64,000 bases of DNA from an uncultured Planctomycetota bacterium. Lineage in GTDB: Bacteria > Planctomycetota > Phycisphaerae > Tepidisphaerales > Tepidisphaeraceae. Under the pieces are notes generated by a model. That model searched no databases. It saw only the letters and a list, made by a program, of their open reading frames with translations, and was not told the DNA's origin. The stretch covers positions 192,001 through 256,000 of the forward strand of contig CAWJEN010000003.1 of assembly GCA_963841915.1 (NCBI GenBank), in the 5' to 3' direction. Both the position numbers and the translations under genes were made by a program. How positions within the stretch are numbered: position 1 is the first letter of the stretch; each line of letters begins with the position of its first letter. Shown piece by piece: positions 38,997-49,148 of the stretch.

Positions 38997-39997
38997 AGGT
39001 CGCCACCATAGTCAACTTGACGCTGCCGCTCGGCCTTCCAGCGTGCTGCGGCAATTCGCACCGTCTGGGCGTGCAGCTGAGCCGTCATCGGCCGGTTCTT
39101 GTGATACCCGCCGCCGTAGAGCACACAGACCGGAACATCCCAGTCACGACACAAGCCGATGACCCGCTCGTCTCTGCACCGCAGGTCGCTCGTCGAGAGC
39201 TTCATCTGCCCGAATCGATCCTCCTCGTGCGGGTCGACGCCCGCGATGTAGAAGACGATGTCGGGCTCGAACCGCTCGATGGCAGCCGGTAGCGTCCGTT
39301 CCATCGCCTCCCGATACGCCTCTGCCGACGCCCACCGGTCCAGAGGCACGTCAAGATCCCCCGGCACCTTGATCGACGGGTAGTTTTTGCCCACGTGCAG
39401 CGAGTATGTGAAGGTCAGCGGATCCATGGCGAACAGGTCGTGCGTGCCGTTGCCCTGATGAGCATCGAGGTCCGCGACAAACACGTGCAGCAATGGCTCG
39501 TCATGCCGCAGCGCTCCAATGGCAACGGCGACGTCGTTGAAGACGCAGAATCCCTGGCCGCTGTCAGCAAAGGCGTGATGCGTTCCACCGGCAAGGTTGC
39601 ACGCGATGCCGTCCGTCATGGCCGTGCGTGCCGCGGCGAGCGTGGCTGCAACGGCACAGTGGCTGCGGACGCTGAGCGCTTCAGACGGTGGCAGGCCGAG
39701 CTTCTTCTCCGTGATGCCGTAGAAACGACCGCTGCGGATCGAGTTGACGTAGCGGGGCGTGTGGACGCGAAACAGGTCGCGGTCGCTGATGAGGCCCGGA
39801 TCGATCAGCCGGTCGGCTGCAACGGTGCCGTCGGCTCTTAACGCATCACGCGACTGCTTGAACTTCTCCATCGGGAAAACATGCCCCGGTGGCAATGGGA
39901 CGTCGTACCGCTCGCTTGTGTAACACGCGATCGTCGACGGCTGCACGTCGAATGATACGTCCAGGGTCAGCAAAGCCGACGTGGAGCAGCTACGCAC
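38981..39997 (-). CDS. Histone deacetylase family (Zn-dependent) deacylase
   Basis: GGTHHA, GFCVFNDVA, DLDAHQGNGT and GGGY motifs. Start uncertain. Confidence 0.9.
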   Translation of the reverse strand: MRSCSTSALLTLDVSFDVQPSTIACYTSERYDVPLPPGHVFPMEKFKQSRDALRADGTVAADRLIDPGLISDRDLFRVHTPRYVNSIRSGRFYGITEKKLGLPPSEALSVRSHCAVAATLAAARTAMTDGIACNLAGGTHHAFADSGQGFCVFNDVAVAIGALRHDEPLLHVFVADLDAHQGNGTHDLFAMDPLTFTYSLHVGKNYPSIKVPGDLDVPLDRWASAEAYREAMERTLPAAIERFEPDIVFYIAGVDPHEEDRFGQMKLSTSDLRCRDERVIGLCRDWDVPVCVLYGGGYHKNRPMTAQLHAQTVRIAAARWKAERQRQVDYGGDLWPTT

Positions 39998-40558
39998 TCA
40001 GCCGCGAATGGCGATGAACAGCAGCACGCCAGCGGCATTGGCGAGGGTGACCAGCGCCACCTTGCCCACCGCCTGGCGGCCGTTGTCGCTGAGTCGCGAG
40101 AAAGGCTGGTTCATCCAAGCAAGCGGCATGGCCCACATCGGCAGCGCCTGCTCTTGAGTCGCCGGCTGCTCCTCCATCGCCACGTCGGCCGTGATGGGCA
40201 GTTCCACCAGATCAGGCACGCCCGCCAGCGGATCGTCGGCGTCGTCAGGATCAAAGGCCAGCGGGTCCGGCTCCAGGTCAAGCTCCGCACCGACAGCCGC
40301 TGCGGCTTCATTGGCGGGAGCGTCCATGTCGCCGCGAAGCAGGGCGTCGAGGTCGCTGTCAGCAGCAGGTATCTCTACGGCTTCTTCCGAGTTACTGCCG
40401 AGCATGCGGTCGATGGCATCGTCGGCCATAGCTGCAATGAGATCGTCGGCGTCGCCTTGCTCCATCGCGTCCGGCTCCTCACCCACCGCAGCGGCAAGCG
40501 CCTCATCGAGCGGGTCGCGGAGCAGGGCGTTATCGGTATGGGTGGCTGCGTCGGTCAT
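39998..40558 (-). CDS. Acidic hypothetical protein with C-terminal TM helix
   Basis: D/E/A-rich, hydrophobic C-terminus. Confidence 0.65.
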   Translation of the reverse strand: MTDAATHTDNALLRDPLDEALAAAVGEEPDAMEQGDADDLIAAMADDAIDRMLGSNSEEAVEIPAADSDLDALLRGDMDAPANEAAAAVGAELDLEPDPLAFDPDDADDPLAGVPDLVELPITADVAMEEQPATQEQALPMWAMPLAWMNQPFSRLSDNGRQAVGKVALVTLANAAGVLLFIAIRG

Positions 40559-40674
40559 CGTCGTGGGAGCTGAACCCGCAGGTGGCACGGGTGCTTAGAC
40601 TTCCAATTCGTCTCGCCACTCAGCGAGTCTCACTCAGCTTACCGGACGATGCCGTTCTGACGAAACAGCCGCAT

Positions 40675-40704
40675 TAACAAAGCCGCGACTCATCGAGCCG
40701 CGGC
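40675..40704 (-). terminator. Intrinsic terminator
   Basis: GCCGCGGCTC-GAT-GAGTCGCGGC-TTTGTT on the minus strand. Confidence 0.55.
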
Positions 40705-40732
40705 ATGCAGGTTGTTTAGATTTCAGGGACAA

Positions 40733-41866
40733 TCAGACGCCGACAAGTTCACGGATGCGGTCGATGCCGATCAGCAGCACACCGGCCGCCGCACCGGCAA
40801 GGACGAGAAGGGCCGTGATCCAGCCCCAAGGCAATCGCTTTAGCAGGCCCCACGTCGTCGGCGTGCGATCGAGATTGAAGGCCGTCGCGAGCTCGCCGGT
40901 CGTCAAGAGCGCGTCCCCGCCGTCGGAGGCGTCACCCTTGCGCACGTGCCTGGCCTGCGGGCGTGGCGTCGAGGCGGGCTTGCCGGGCGTACGCGAAACG
41001 ACCCGCTTTGCAGAGCCCGGATGCGTGACGGCTCGACCGAGTTCGGTGCTGACGGATGCCAGCCGCTTTCCGGTGCCGCGTTCGCGAGTCGGTTGCGTCT
41101 TTTCCTGAGCTTTATCTGAAGTTTGGGCGGTGTTATTGGTGGCCAGGACGCCGAGGCTTTCGCTGGTCTCGGCGGCTTCGAGTTGCTGGTCGGGGTTGCC
41201 GGGCGGCTCGATGAGTGCACCGCAGTAGAGGCAGAAATCGTCGGGGTCTTCGCCCGCATCGACGCGGGGCAATTGACGATTGCAGTTCCAGCACAGCCCG
41301 AACATGTGCGCAAGACCGCGGATGCGGGCGGCGTAGGTCCACATTTGCCGCGTTGTTGGGCCGCGCACGATGCTGTCTGGGCTGATCGTGCCGCCCTTGG
41401 TCAGCTCGCGCAGGACGCTGAACTTCATGCCCGGTGCGTGCGGGTTGCCAGTTGAGCGAACGAACCAGGGGCCGACCCGGCGGACGGTGGCCGAGCGGGT
41501 GCCGTCGGTATCGGTCATGCCACAAGCTGGGCACGGTGCTCGGCCGTCGCGGTTGCGTGAGCCGCAGAACGGGCAAATGTGTCCGCCGAGTCGCTGGCGA
41601 AGCTCGTCGGGCTTGGGCACCTGTTGGCGGTTGGGCGATCGAGGCCCGGCATTCAGCGAGGTTTGCTCGGCTTTGACCTCGGTCAGCTCGTAGGCCTCGG
41701 CAACGGGTGCTCCGTTCATCTCGGCCGTTGGAACGGGATCGACCTGTGCAGGAACATCCTTCTGCCCGTTGCCGTTGACGGGAGGTACGCCGTCTGGAGC
41801 GCGACGCCTGGAGGCGGACCGCTTGCGCGTGGCGTCGAGGTCGGGCTTGTCCGAACGGGCCGGCAT
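40733..41866 (-). CDS. Hypothetical protein with two Zn-ribbon pairs, GYF-like core and C-terminal TM
   Basis: CPFC/CPAC and CWNC/CLYC pairs flank GPWFV...VRGPTTRQMW. Confidence 0.7.
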   Translation of the reverse strand: MPARSDKPDLDATRKRSASRRRAPDGVPPVNGNGQKDVPAQVDPVPTAEMNGAPVAEAYELTEVKAEQTSLNAGPRSPNRQQVPKPDELRQRLGGHICPFCGSRNRDGRAPCPACGMTDTDGTRSATVRRVGPWFVRSTGNPHAPGMKFSVLRELTKGGTISPDSIVRGPTTRQMWTYAARIRGLAHMFGLCWNCNRQLPRVDAGEDPDDFCLYCGALIEPPGNPDQQLEAAETSESLGVLATNNTAQTSDKAQEKTQPTRERGTGKRLASVSTELGRAVTHPGSAKRVVSRTPGKPASTPRPQARHVRKGDASDGGDALLTTGELATAFNLDRTPTTWGLLKRLPWGWITALLVLAGAAAGVLLIGIDRIRELVGV

Positions 41867-42041
41867 AGGAAGCAGTGGGTGCGGGTCGAGGCCGTTGAGG
41901 CTGGTTAGCAAGGTAGCACGTCCGTTCCGTCTGCGAAATACCGATGACCGTCACAACCGTCATCGGCACGATCACGCCGCGGGTGGGGCAGGTCACCATG
42001 TCCGGTAAGTCAGGCTTCCGGCACGGTGATAGGGTGGGCAC

Positions 42042-43304
42042 ATGTCCGAAGTAGACGACGTTACCGTACGCGCTGCACGCACGGACGAAATCGAACGTAT
42101 TGCCCGCCTACGCGCACGCTGCTATCGCGACAGCTACGCCAAGGAGTCTGGCATCCTCGAATCGACGCGAAACGACCGGGCCGATTTTGCCGCGGGCGAC
42201 GTGCTGCTGACCGAGCTAGGTGGCCGAGACGTCGCGACGGCAACGTCATTCCGAGGCGACATGAACGTCCGAGGCACCCGCCTCTCGTGCCAAGGCGTTG
42301 CGTGGGTCGGGACGACCCACGACGCAAGACGAGGGGCAGGTGTGGCATCGGTTACCATGAAACGGATGCTCGAACTCGCCCGCGAGCGTGGCGACGTGCT
42401 GTCGGCATTATGCCCCTTCAGGGCCAGCTACTACGAGCACTTCGGGTACGGCCTGAGCGAACGGCGGATGGTCTGGAGCGTGCCGACAAACGTCCTGCCG
42501 ACGGGTGATGCGACGTCCTTTCGCTTCGTCGAGCCCGACGACGAAGCCATGATCGCGAAGCTGGCAGAGGTACGCGTGAGGCAATTTGAGCACGCCCGGC
42601 TCGGACACGGCGACATGCTGTTCCCCAAGGCCGACCACAGCGGCGTGAAGTTCTGGATCGACCACTACAAGCAGCACGGCTACGTCTTTGCGGATTTAGG
42701 CCCGGACGGCAGCGTGCGCGGTTGGATCGGAACCGAACCCTTCAATAACGGCAAGCAGACGTGCCTCGACGCCCAGCACATGGTCTTCGACACCCCCGAC
42801 GGTTTCATGCGCCAGTTGCACTTCCTGGCGACGCTGAAGGACCAGTACGGCATGATCGAGTTCGTGACGCCCGCTGATCGGCCGATTCATCTGCTGCTGC
42901 GTGAGACGCAATTACCGCACCGCCATGTCGAGCATCCTCACGCGACGACCAAGATGCGGGCCCGGAACCAGGTGCGCATCCTCGATCACGTCAAGACGCT
43001 CAGCGAGCCGGCGTGGCCGAACCCGGATCGCGCAGGCGGCTGTGTCGTGCGGGTCCACGAGACCGAAGGTCACGCCACCACGCTTCGGATCGACGTCAGC
43101 GACGGCCGCTGCGAGGCGAAGCTGACGGACGCGTCGCCTGACTTTGAGTGTGCCGACAAGGTCTGGGCCCCAATCATCCTCGGCGAGCTGCGTGCCCCGT
43201 GGGCGGCGACGCACGGTCTGGCGACTGGGCACACCGCAGAGGCAGTGGCCATGCTCGATGACTTCTCGCGCGGACCGATCCCGTTTTGCCGCGAGTACTA
43301 CTGA
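42042..43304 (+). CDS. Eis-like GNAT acetyltransferase
   Basis: VGTTHDARRG, LCPFRASYYEHFGY, and an SCP2-like C-terminus. Confidence 0.85.
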   Translation: MSEVDDVTVRAARTDEIERIARLRARCYRDSYAKESGILESTRNDRADFAAGDVLLTELGGRDVATATSFRGDMNVRGTRLSCQGVAWVGTTHDARRGAGVASVTMKRMLELARERGDVLSALCPFRASYYEHFGYGLSERRMVWSVPTNVLPTGDATSFRFVEPDDEAMIAKLAEVRVRQFEHARLGHGDMLFPKADHSGVKFWIDHYKQHGYVFADLGPDGSVRGWIGTEPFNNGKQTCLDAQHMVFDTPDGFMRQLHFLATLKDQYGMIEFVTPADRPIHLLLRETQLPHRHVEHPHATTKMRARNQVRILDHVKTLSEPAWPNPDRAGGCVVRVHETEGHATTLRIDVSDGRCEAKLTDASPDFECADKVWAPIILGELRAPWAATHGLATGHTAEAVAMLDDFSRGPIPFCREYY

Positions 43305-43334
43305 CCCGCAACGGGCGTGGACCTGCCGCTCTAA

Positions 43335-43350
43335 GGTTCCACGTGGAACA
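43335..43350. promoter_or_regulatory. parS-like site
   Basis: GGTTCCACGTGGAACA, one mismatch to TGTTCCACGTGGAACA. Confidence 0.75.
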
Positions 43351-43885
43351 TTGGCGAGACGAACTGGAACGCCTGATCGAAGCGACGAAGGGACCGACCT
43401 TCCTGACGCTGGCGACGACGGATCGCACGGGCGTGCCGTCGGCTCGCATGCTCGTGCTGCGTGGCATCGATCCGCAGGGCCGCCTGCTCATGTGCAGCGA
43501 CGCCCGCAGTTGCAAGAATGACGAGCTACGTGATGATCCGCGGGCGGCAGCACTGTTCTGGTTTAACGACGCCCGCACCCAATTTCGGCTACAGGGCATG
43601 GTCGAGATCCTCAGCCGCACTCACATCGCCCACCTGCAGGTCTGGCGAGAGCTGAGCGACTCAGCCAGAGCACTCTTTACCTGGCCGGACCCGGGAGCCG
43701 ACCGGGCGGAAGTCGGAGCATTCGCCACAGCCGTTCCAGCCGAGGCCGCTGTGCCTGAGTCGTTCGAGGTGCTTTGCCTGGATCCGCAGGAGATCGACTA
43801 CCTGAACCTCAGCGAGCACCCGCATGTGAGACGGCTGTGGGATGTCCACGATGAGCTGTCATACCCGACGGATGTGAACCCTTGA
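43343..43885 (+). CDS. Pyridoxamine 5'-phosphate oxidase-family FMN-binding protein
   Basis: LTLATT...PSARMLVLRG, DARSCK and QFRLQG motifs. Confidence 0.85.
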   Translation: MEHWRDELERLIEATKGPTFLTLATTDRTGVPSARMLVLRGIDPQGRLLMCSDARSCKNDELRDDPRAAALFWFNDARTQFRLQGMVEILSRTHIAHLQVWRELSDSARALFTWPDPGADRAEVGAFATAVPAEAAVPESFEVLCLDPQEIDYLNLSEHPHVRRLWDVHDELSYPTDVNP

Positions 43886-43909
43886 CAGCGGGCGGCCTAC
43901 CCTGCCGCC

Positions 43910-44278
43910 TTGCGCTTTCTCCTTTACGGTCATCTTGACGCTGCGGCTCCTGCTTTGATGGAGGCGGGTCACAAGGCTGTCATGCCGGCCGATCTCGAGG
44001 TGCCCGAGGACGCGACGCCGCGCCAGGTGTTGGAAATGGCCCGCAAGAACCAGGTCGAGCTCATCGTCGACAGTCGTCAGGTACTCGACAGCATGCTGCA
44101 CGAAAGCGGCAGGCCCGAGACCTTCGGCCGCACGCTCGTCTTCTTCCGTGAGGTCGACGCCGGTGAGGCCGTCCAGCGCCTGGTCGCCCGGCACAAGCGG
44201 CTCAACGCCGGTCGCCTGTACACAGTCACGGCCAGCAGCGTCAAGGTCAGTCAGCTCCCGACCGCGGGACCCGTTTAG
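43910..44278 (+). CDS. Hypothetical protein, possibly a degenerate DUF5615/PIN-like fold
   Basis: MRFLL...AGH...VLEMAR pattern without the acidic PIN residues. TACCCT lies 6 nt upstream of the TTG. Confidence 0.55.
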   Translation: MRFLLYGHLDAAAPALMEAGHKAVMPADLEVPEDATPRQVLEMARKNQVELIVDSRQVLDSMLHESGRPETFGRTLVFFREVDAGEAVQRLVARHKRLNAGRLYTVTASSVKVSQLPTAGPV

Positions 44279-44298
44279 CCTCAACTTCTCAGAACTAC

Positions 44299-45228
44299 AT
44301 GTCACTTCTCGTTACCGGCAGCCTCGGCATTGACACCATTGAAACCCCCGCGGGTCGTCGCGACAACGTCATCGGCGGCAGCGCGACGTACTTCGCCTAC
44401 GGGGCCAGCTTCTTCACACCCGTACGCCTCGTCGGGGCTGTTGGTGAAGATTGGCCGACGGACATGAAGAGTGTCTACGAGGGTCGCCCGGTAGACCTTG
44501 AGGGACTCGAAGTCCGCAAGGGCAGCAAGTCGTTCCGCTGGCACGGCAGCTACGTCGATGACATGAACAACGCAGAGTCGGTCCAGACCGACCTGAACAT
44601 CCTCGCAGAGGCTGCACCCAAGATCCCAGACAGCTACCTCGACAGCGAGTACGTGTTCCTGGCCAACACGCACCCGGCATTGCAGGCGGACATGCTGAGC
44701 AAGCTCAAAAACGTCAAGCTCAGCGTCGCCGACACGATGAACTTGTGGATCAGCGAGTTCAACGACGACCTCCGCAAGCTGCTCAAGCTCATCGACGGCC
44801 TCGTACTCAACGACGGCGAAGCCAAGCTGCTGACGGGGGAGAAGAACATGGTCAAAGCAGCCGGTGAGGTCTTGAAGATGGGGCCGAAGTTCGTCGTCAT
44901 CAAGAAGGGCGAGCACGGCTGCCTGATGGCGTGGAAGGATCAAGACGCCTCGACGCCGACCGATCTGCAGACGTTCGTCCTGCCGGCCTACCCGACGGAC
45001 AAGGTCATCGACCCGACCGGTGCCGGCGACACGTTCGCCAGCGGCATGATGGGTTACCTCGCCACGCAATCATCGCTCTCGCCCGCGACCATTAAGCGGG
45101 CCCTCGCTTTCGGCACCGTCACCGCGAGCTACACGATTGCCGACTTCAGCCTCGACGGCCTGAAGGCGACCAGCCGCGAGCAGATCGACAGCCGGTACGA
45201 AAAGCTCAAGGCCGCGATGAGCTTCTGA
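44299..45228 (+). CDS. PfkB-family carbohydrate kinase
   Basis: GGSATYF, KKGEHG and DPTGAGDTFASG motifs. Confidence 0.93.
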   Translation: MSLLVTGSLGIDTIETPAGRRDNVIGGSATYFAYGASFFTPVRLVGAVGEDWPTDMKSVYEGRPVDLEGLEVRKGSKSFRWHGSYVDDMNNAESVQTDLNILAEAAPKIPDSYLDSEYVFLANTHPALQADMLSKLKNVKLSVADTMNLWISEFNDDLRKLLKLIDGLVLNDGEAKLLTGEKNMVKAAGEVLKMGPKFVVIKKGEHGCLMAWKDQDASTPTDLQTFVLPAYPTDKVIDPTGAGDTFASGMMGYLATQSSLSPATIKRALAFGTVTASYTIADFSLDGLKATSREQIDSRYEKLKAAMSF

Positions 45229-45299
45229 GCGCCTGGCAAGCTTTCATGCGCTGCGCCGCGGCGGCCGAATGAGCTTCGGGATCGGCCGGGGGGTCAACA

Positions 45300-45315
45300 T
45301 GTTCCACGTGGAACA
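45300..45315. promoter_or_regulatory. parS site
   Basis: Perfect palindrome TGTTCCACGTGGAACA (18 bp with flanks), intergenic. Confidence 0.85.
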
Positions 45316-45569
45316 TTGGTGAACCGTCTGACGATCTGTGGCGGACGATTTGCCGTCCTTAGCTGCTCGGCCGAACTCGCGCAAACGGGCTGATCGGTCC
45401 GCCTGATTCGTCGGCGGTACGTCGCCACTGCACCAGTAATCAGGTCGGCTACAGCACGGCACTGCGGGCGCAGTCAGATCTGGGTACAGGTCGTTGAGCT
45501 TGTTTGCGACCTTTCCACACCTGCGCCGCCGCGGCCGCCGATGCGCAAGCTGGCGGTACGCTCGGCAAC

Positions 45570-47229
45570 ATGTCGGCTGCTCCGCCACCTCCGGTCGCCC
45601 GATGCCCGCGCTGTGGCTACCCGCGGGCGGGCCTGCAGTCGGCTGCCGTCTGCCCCGAGTGCGGGTGGGACCCGGTCGAGCCCGACGCGACCGTTGCCGC
45701 CGGTTTCGATGATGCAGCCCACGCGCGCCTCGTTGTGCTCGGCCTCGTCCTGCTGTCGCTGATGACGTTCACCCTCCTCGGCGTGACGCTGCTCATGGAA
45801 TATCGAGACGGCTGGGCAGGCTCGTTGCCCGTCGTCAACTTCCCGGGACCAAAAGTCTGGGCCACGCCCCTGGTTCAGCGGCCGGTCGGCAGGCGGCCTG
45901 AGCTTCTCGGCGTCACCGGTGCCGTCGCTGCCGTTCAGAACGTGCTGGCATTGTGGCTGCTGACGACGCCACTACCGCCGGGTGGGCGATTGCTGCCGTT
46001 CCGTAGCTGGGCAAGGTGGGGCGGTATCGCACTCTTCGGGGCGGGCTTTGGCCTCATGGCTGAGCCTGTCGGGCATCGAATGGTGGGGCAACGACGACCG
46101 CCACGGTTACTTCCTGACGCTCGTTCTCATGGTCGAGCTGCCTGCGACAACGCTGCTCTACTGGCACCTGCGGTCACTGGCCGAGCCTGATCCGACGGCC
46201 AAGGCCGGCCTGACGCTTTGCGCCGTGACGGTCCCCGTCCTGATGGCGATGGCGGTGCCGATGCTGCTGCTCGACCTGCAACAATGGAGAGACCTGCCAG
46301 CGGTAACGCAGTTCCTCCTGGCAGGGGGCTACGGGGCGGCGGCCATGACGTGCACGCTCGTCAGCTTCGGCTGCCTGGCTCGGCTCAGCGTCGTCTACGG
46401 CAGGCGTGCGGTCATCGACGTCAGCCCGCTCGTCGAGTGCATGACCGCCGGGCTGCGTTGGCTCATCGATGCCGTCCGCGCCCATGCCGTCACGCTGGCG
46501 CTCTTCCTCGGCTGCGCCGTCTGGCTCTACGCGACGTGGCAGTCGTTGGGCAGCTTGGCCTGGATGCCGAGACGGGCGTCCGTTCTTGGCGATCTGCCGT
46601 TCTTCAACTTCCTTGGTCCGAAGGTCTTAGGCGACTACATCGCGAGGTTCAGCTATGTCAGTGGCGGCTCGTACCGAACCTCGAGCGTTGTCCGCAACAC
46701 GCCGTTGTTGTTGATGACGCTCGATCTTCTCGCAATCTGGCTGATGACGACGACCTCGGCGCCTGGCGTGTGGCCGAGACGACTGGCAACCATGGTTCGT
46801 TGGTATCCGACGTTGCTGGTCGGCGCCTTCATGGCGATCGGCCTCGCGATAGGCCCGCTGACGAACGACGCCAACGCGGTGCTGTCGCGGCAGTCGAAAT
46901 TCATGCTCTTGCTGATCGCGAGCATCGAATTGCCGACGACGCTGTTGCTCTACCTGCATCTGGCATTCCTGGCCGATCACGCGAAACAGCGAAAGGTCGC
47001 ACACGGCCTGCTCCTGTCCGGAGCGGCCGCGGCGTTGCTTATGGCCGCGTCGTTGAGTGTCGCGCTGCTGACCGACGTGTCGAAACGGGTCTGGCTTGAG
47101 TGGCAGGACACGCCGACATGGTTTGTTGCCGCCGCGGTTTTAGGAGCGGCCGTGATGACGACCAGCTTCTACGCCACCTGGCAGGTGCTCCGCTTGATGG
47201 CGACGCTGATACGGAAACCCGCCGTGTGA
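45570..47229 (+). CDS. Polytopic membrane protein with N-terminal Zn ribbon and internal duplication; frameshift near 46058
   Basis: CPRCGY...CPECG. The two halves share NFxGPKV and ELPxTxLLYxHL. The frame switches at GGCCTCATGGCTGAGC. Confidence 0.65.
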
Positions 47230-48391
47230 TCAACCGTCCGTCGCAACTCGTGCCGCGGCGGAGGCTTTGGTTTGGCGACGTCGCAATTCCGCATCGATGA
47301 ACGGCTGCAACTCGCCCCGATCCAGCACGCTTTCGACGTTGCCCGTCTCCACGCCGGTACGCAGGTCCTTCACCCGGCGGTCGTCGAGCACGTAGTTGCG
47401 AATCTGGTTGCCCCAGGCGATCGCACCTTTTTCGCCGTACATGTCCTTGATTTCGGCGTCGCGCTCGGCCTGCTGGATCATCTCCATCTTGCCCTTGAGC
47501 AGCGACAGGGCGAGCTTGCGGTTCTGCTGCTGGCTTTTGTGCACGCTCGTGACGACCTGCAGGCCGGTCGGGATGTGCGTCATCCGGACGGCACTGGCGA
47601 CCTTGTTGACGTTCTGTCCACCCGGGCCGCTCGACCGGGCGAACGCCTCAATCTCGAGGTCGACGTCGGGAATGTCGATGTCGCCGTCGTCGTCGAACTC
47701 TGGCACGACGTCGACGCCCGCAAAGCTGGTCTGCCGCTTGTTGTTGGCGTTGTATGGCGACAGGCGAACCAGCCGGTGCACGCCGGCCTCGGCCTTCATG
47801 TACCCGAAAGCGTACGGACCCTGGACGTGCAGGCTGACCGTCTTGAGGCCTGCCTGCTCACCTTCCTGGCGGTCGGTCTCTTCGATCTTGAAACCGGTTT
47901 TCTCGAAGTAGTACAGGTACATGCGCAGGAGCATCTCGACGAAGTCCTGGGCGTCGGTGCCACCGGTGCCGGCCTGGATGGTGAGGTAGGCGTTGAGCGG
48001 ATCGTTCTTGCCGCCGAGCAAGGACTGCAGCTCGATCTTGTCGCCACGCTGTTCGAGCGCCGTGAGCATCGCGTCGGCCTCGGCAAGGGCCTCGTTCTTC
48101 TCGGCCTCGTCGTCCGTTTCGTCGGCGAGCTCCTTCATCGCCTTGACGTCGTCGACGTCGGCAAGCATCGTCTGAATCGGCTCGATCGATGCCTTGACAC
48201 GGCTGACCTCGGCGACGACCTTCTGGGCCGACTCCTGGTCGTCCCAGAAGGCCGGATCGCCCATCTGTGCCTCTAGTGCTTTAAGCCGATTTTGTTTGTT
48301 CGGCAAGTCAAAGAGAGTCGCGGATGGTCAACATCCGCGCCGCCAGGGACTCGATGGAGTCCGCAAGGTTTTCGTGAGTCAGGTCCGCCAT
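47230..48391 (-). CDS. prfB: Peptide chain release factor 2 with programmed +1 frameshift
   Basis: Short ORF MADLT...IRDSL, then CTT-TGA-C at 48313-48307. GVHRLVRLSPY and GPGGQNVNK motifs follow. Confidence 0.95.
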
Positions 48392-48439
48392 AAGGACGCG
48401 ACGGTAGGCGGGTGAGGGCCGAGCGGGTAAGATCATTTC

Positions 48440-48694
48440 ATGACGTCGAAGCAAATGACGGCCAAGCTGGATGAGCAACCGTTTCAGCCGTTTCGGCTCC
48501 AGATGTCCGATGGGATGCACTACGACGTGAAGAAGTCGAGCTCCGCTCTGGTGATGTCAGGTGTTTTCGCGCTGGCCGTCGACGACGATCCCGAGACCGG
48601 CGAGCCCACGCGCATCGTCTACGTCGACCCGCATCACGTGACGCGGATGAAGGATCTGGAGCGGAAGAAGCTCGGCGGTTTTGAGCGGCCTTAA
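48440..48694 (+). CDS. Small hypothetical protein (PFxPF...SDG family)
   Basis: QPFQPFRLQMSDGMHYDV. TAAGAT lies 6 nt upstream of the ATG. Confidence 0.7.
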   Translation: MTSKQMTAKLDEQPFQPFRLQMSDGMHYDVKKSSSALVMSGVFALAVDDDPETGEPTRIVYVDPHHVTRMKDLERKKLGGFERP

Positions 48695-48698
48695 CGGA

Positions 48699-49148
48699 TC
48701 ACGCCTGGAAGACGATCTCCACCTCGACCGCTGCGTTGAGCGGCAAGGCATTGACGCCGACGGCGGCCCGGACGTGGCGGCCGCTTTCGCCAAAGAGGTC
48801 GACGAGCAAGTCGCTAGCGCCGTTGGCAACCTTGGGCTGATCGCCGAAGCCGTCGTCGCTTTGGACAAAGACGCCCACACGCAGCACGCCTTTGGGTTCA
48901 CCGACCGACAACGCAGCAGCAACGGCGTTCAGCACGCACCGCCGGGCGGCGTCGACGGCTTCTTCGACAGACACCGCAGACGGGACGGCACCCGTGACGA
49001 GCTTGCCTTCCTTTGCCGGCAGTTGGCCGCTGCAGTAGATGAGGCCGCCGACGAGCTTGGCCGGAACATAGTTGGCCACCGGCTCAGGCGTCGGTGGCAG
49101 ATCGAGGCCCATCGGCTCCAGCTTCTTCATCAAATCGTCGCGTGTCAT
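48699..49148 (-). CDS. RidA/YjgF-family protein
   Basis: ANYVP, SGQLP, VANGASDL and HVRAAVGVNALPLNAAVEVE motifs. Confidence 0.9.
   Translation of the reverse strand: MTRDDLMKKLEPMGLDLPPTPEPVANYVPAKLVGGLIYCSGQLPAKEGKLVTGAVPSAVSVEEAVDAARRCVLNAVAAALSVGEPKGVLRVGVFVQSDDGFGDQPKVANGASDLLVDLFGESGRHVRAAVGVNALPLNAAVEVEIVFQA

Noticed and set aside
40600..40675. Hammerhead ribozyme (CTGACGA...AAC)
   Set aside because: No stem II or separate GAAA core could be built.
45229..45560. oriC
   Set aside because: Only one weak DnaA-box-like 9-mer (CTTTCCACA) and no AT-rich unwinding element.
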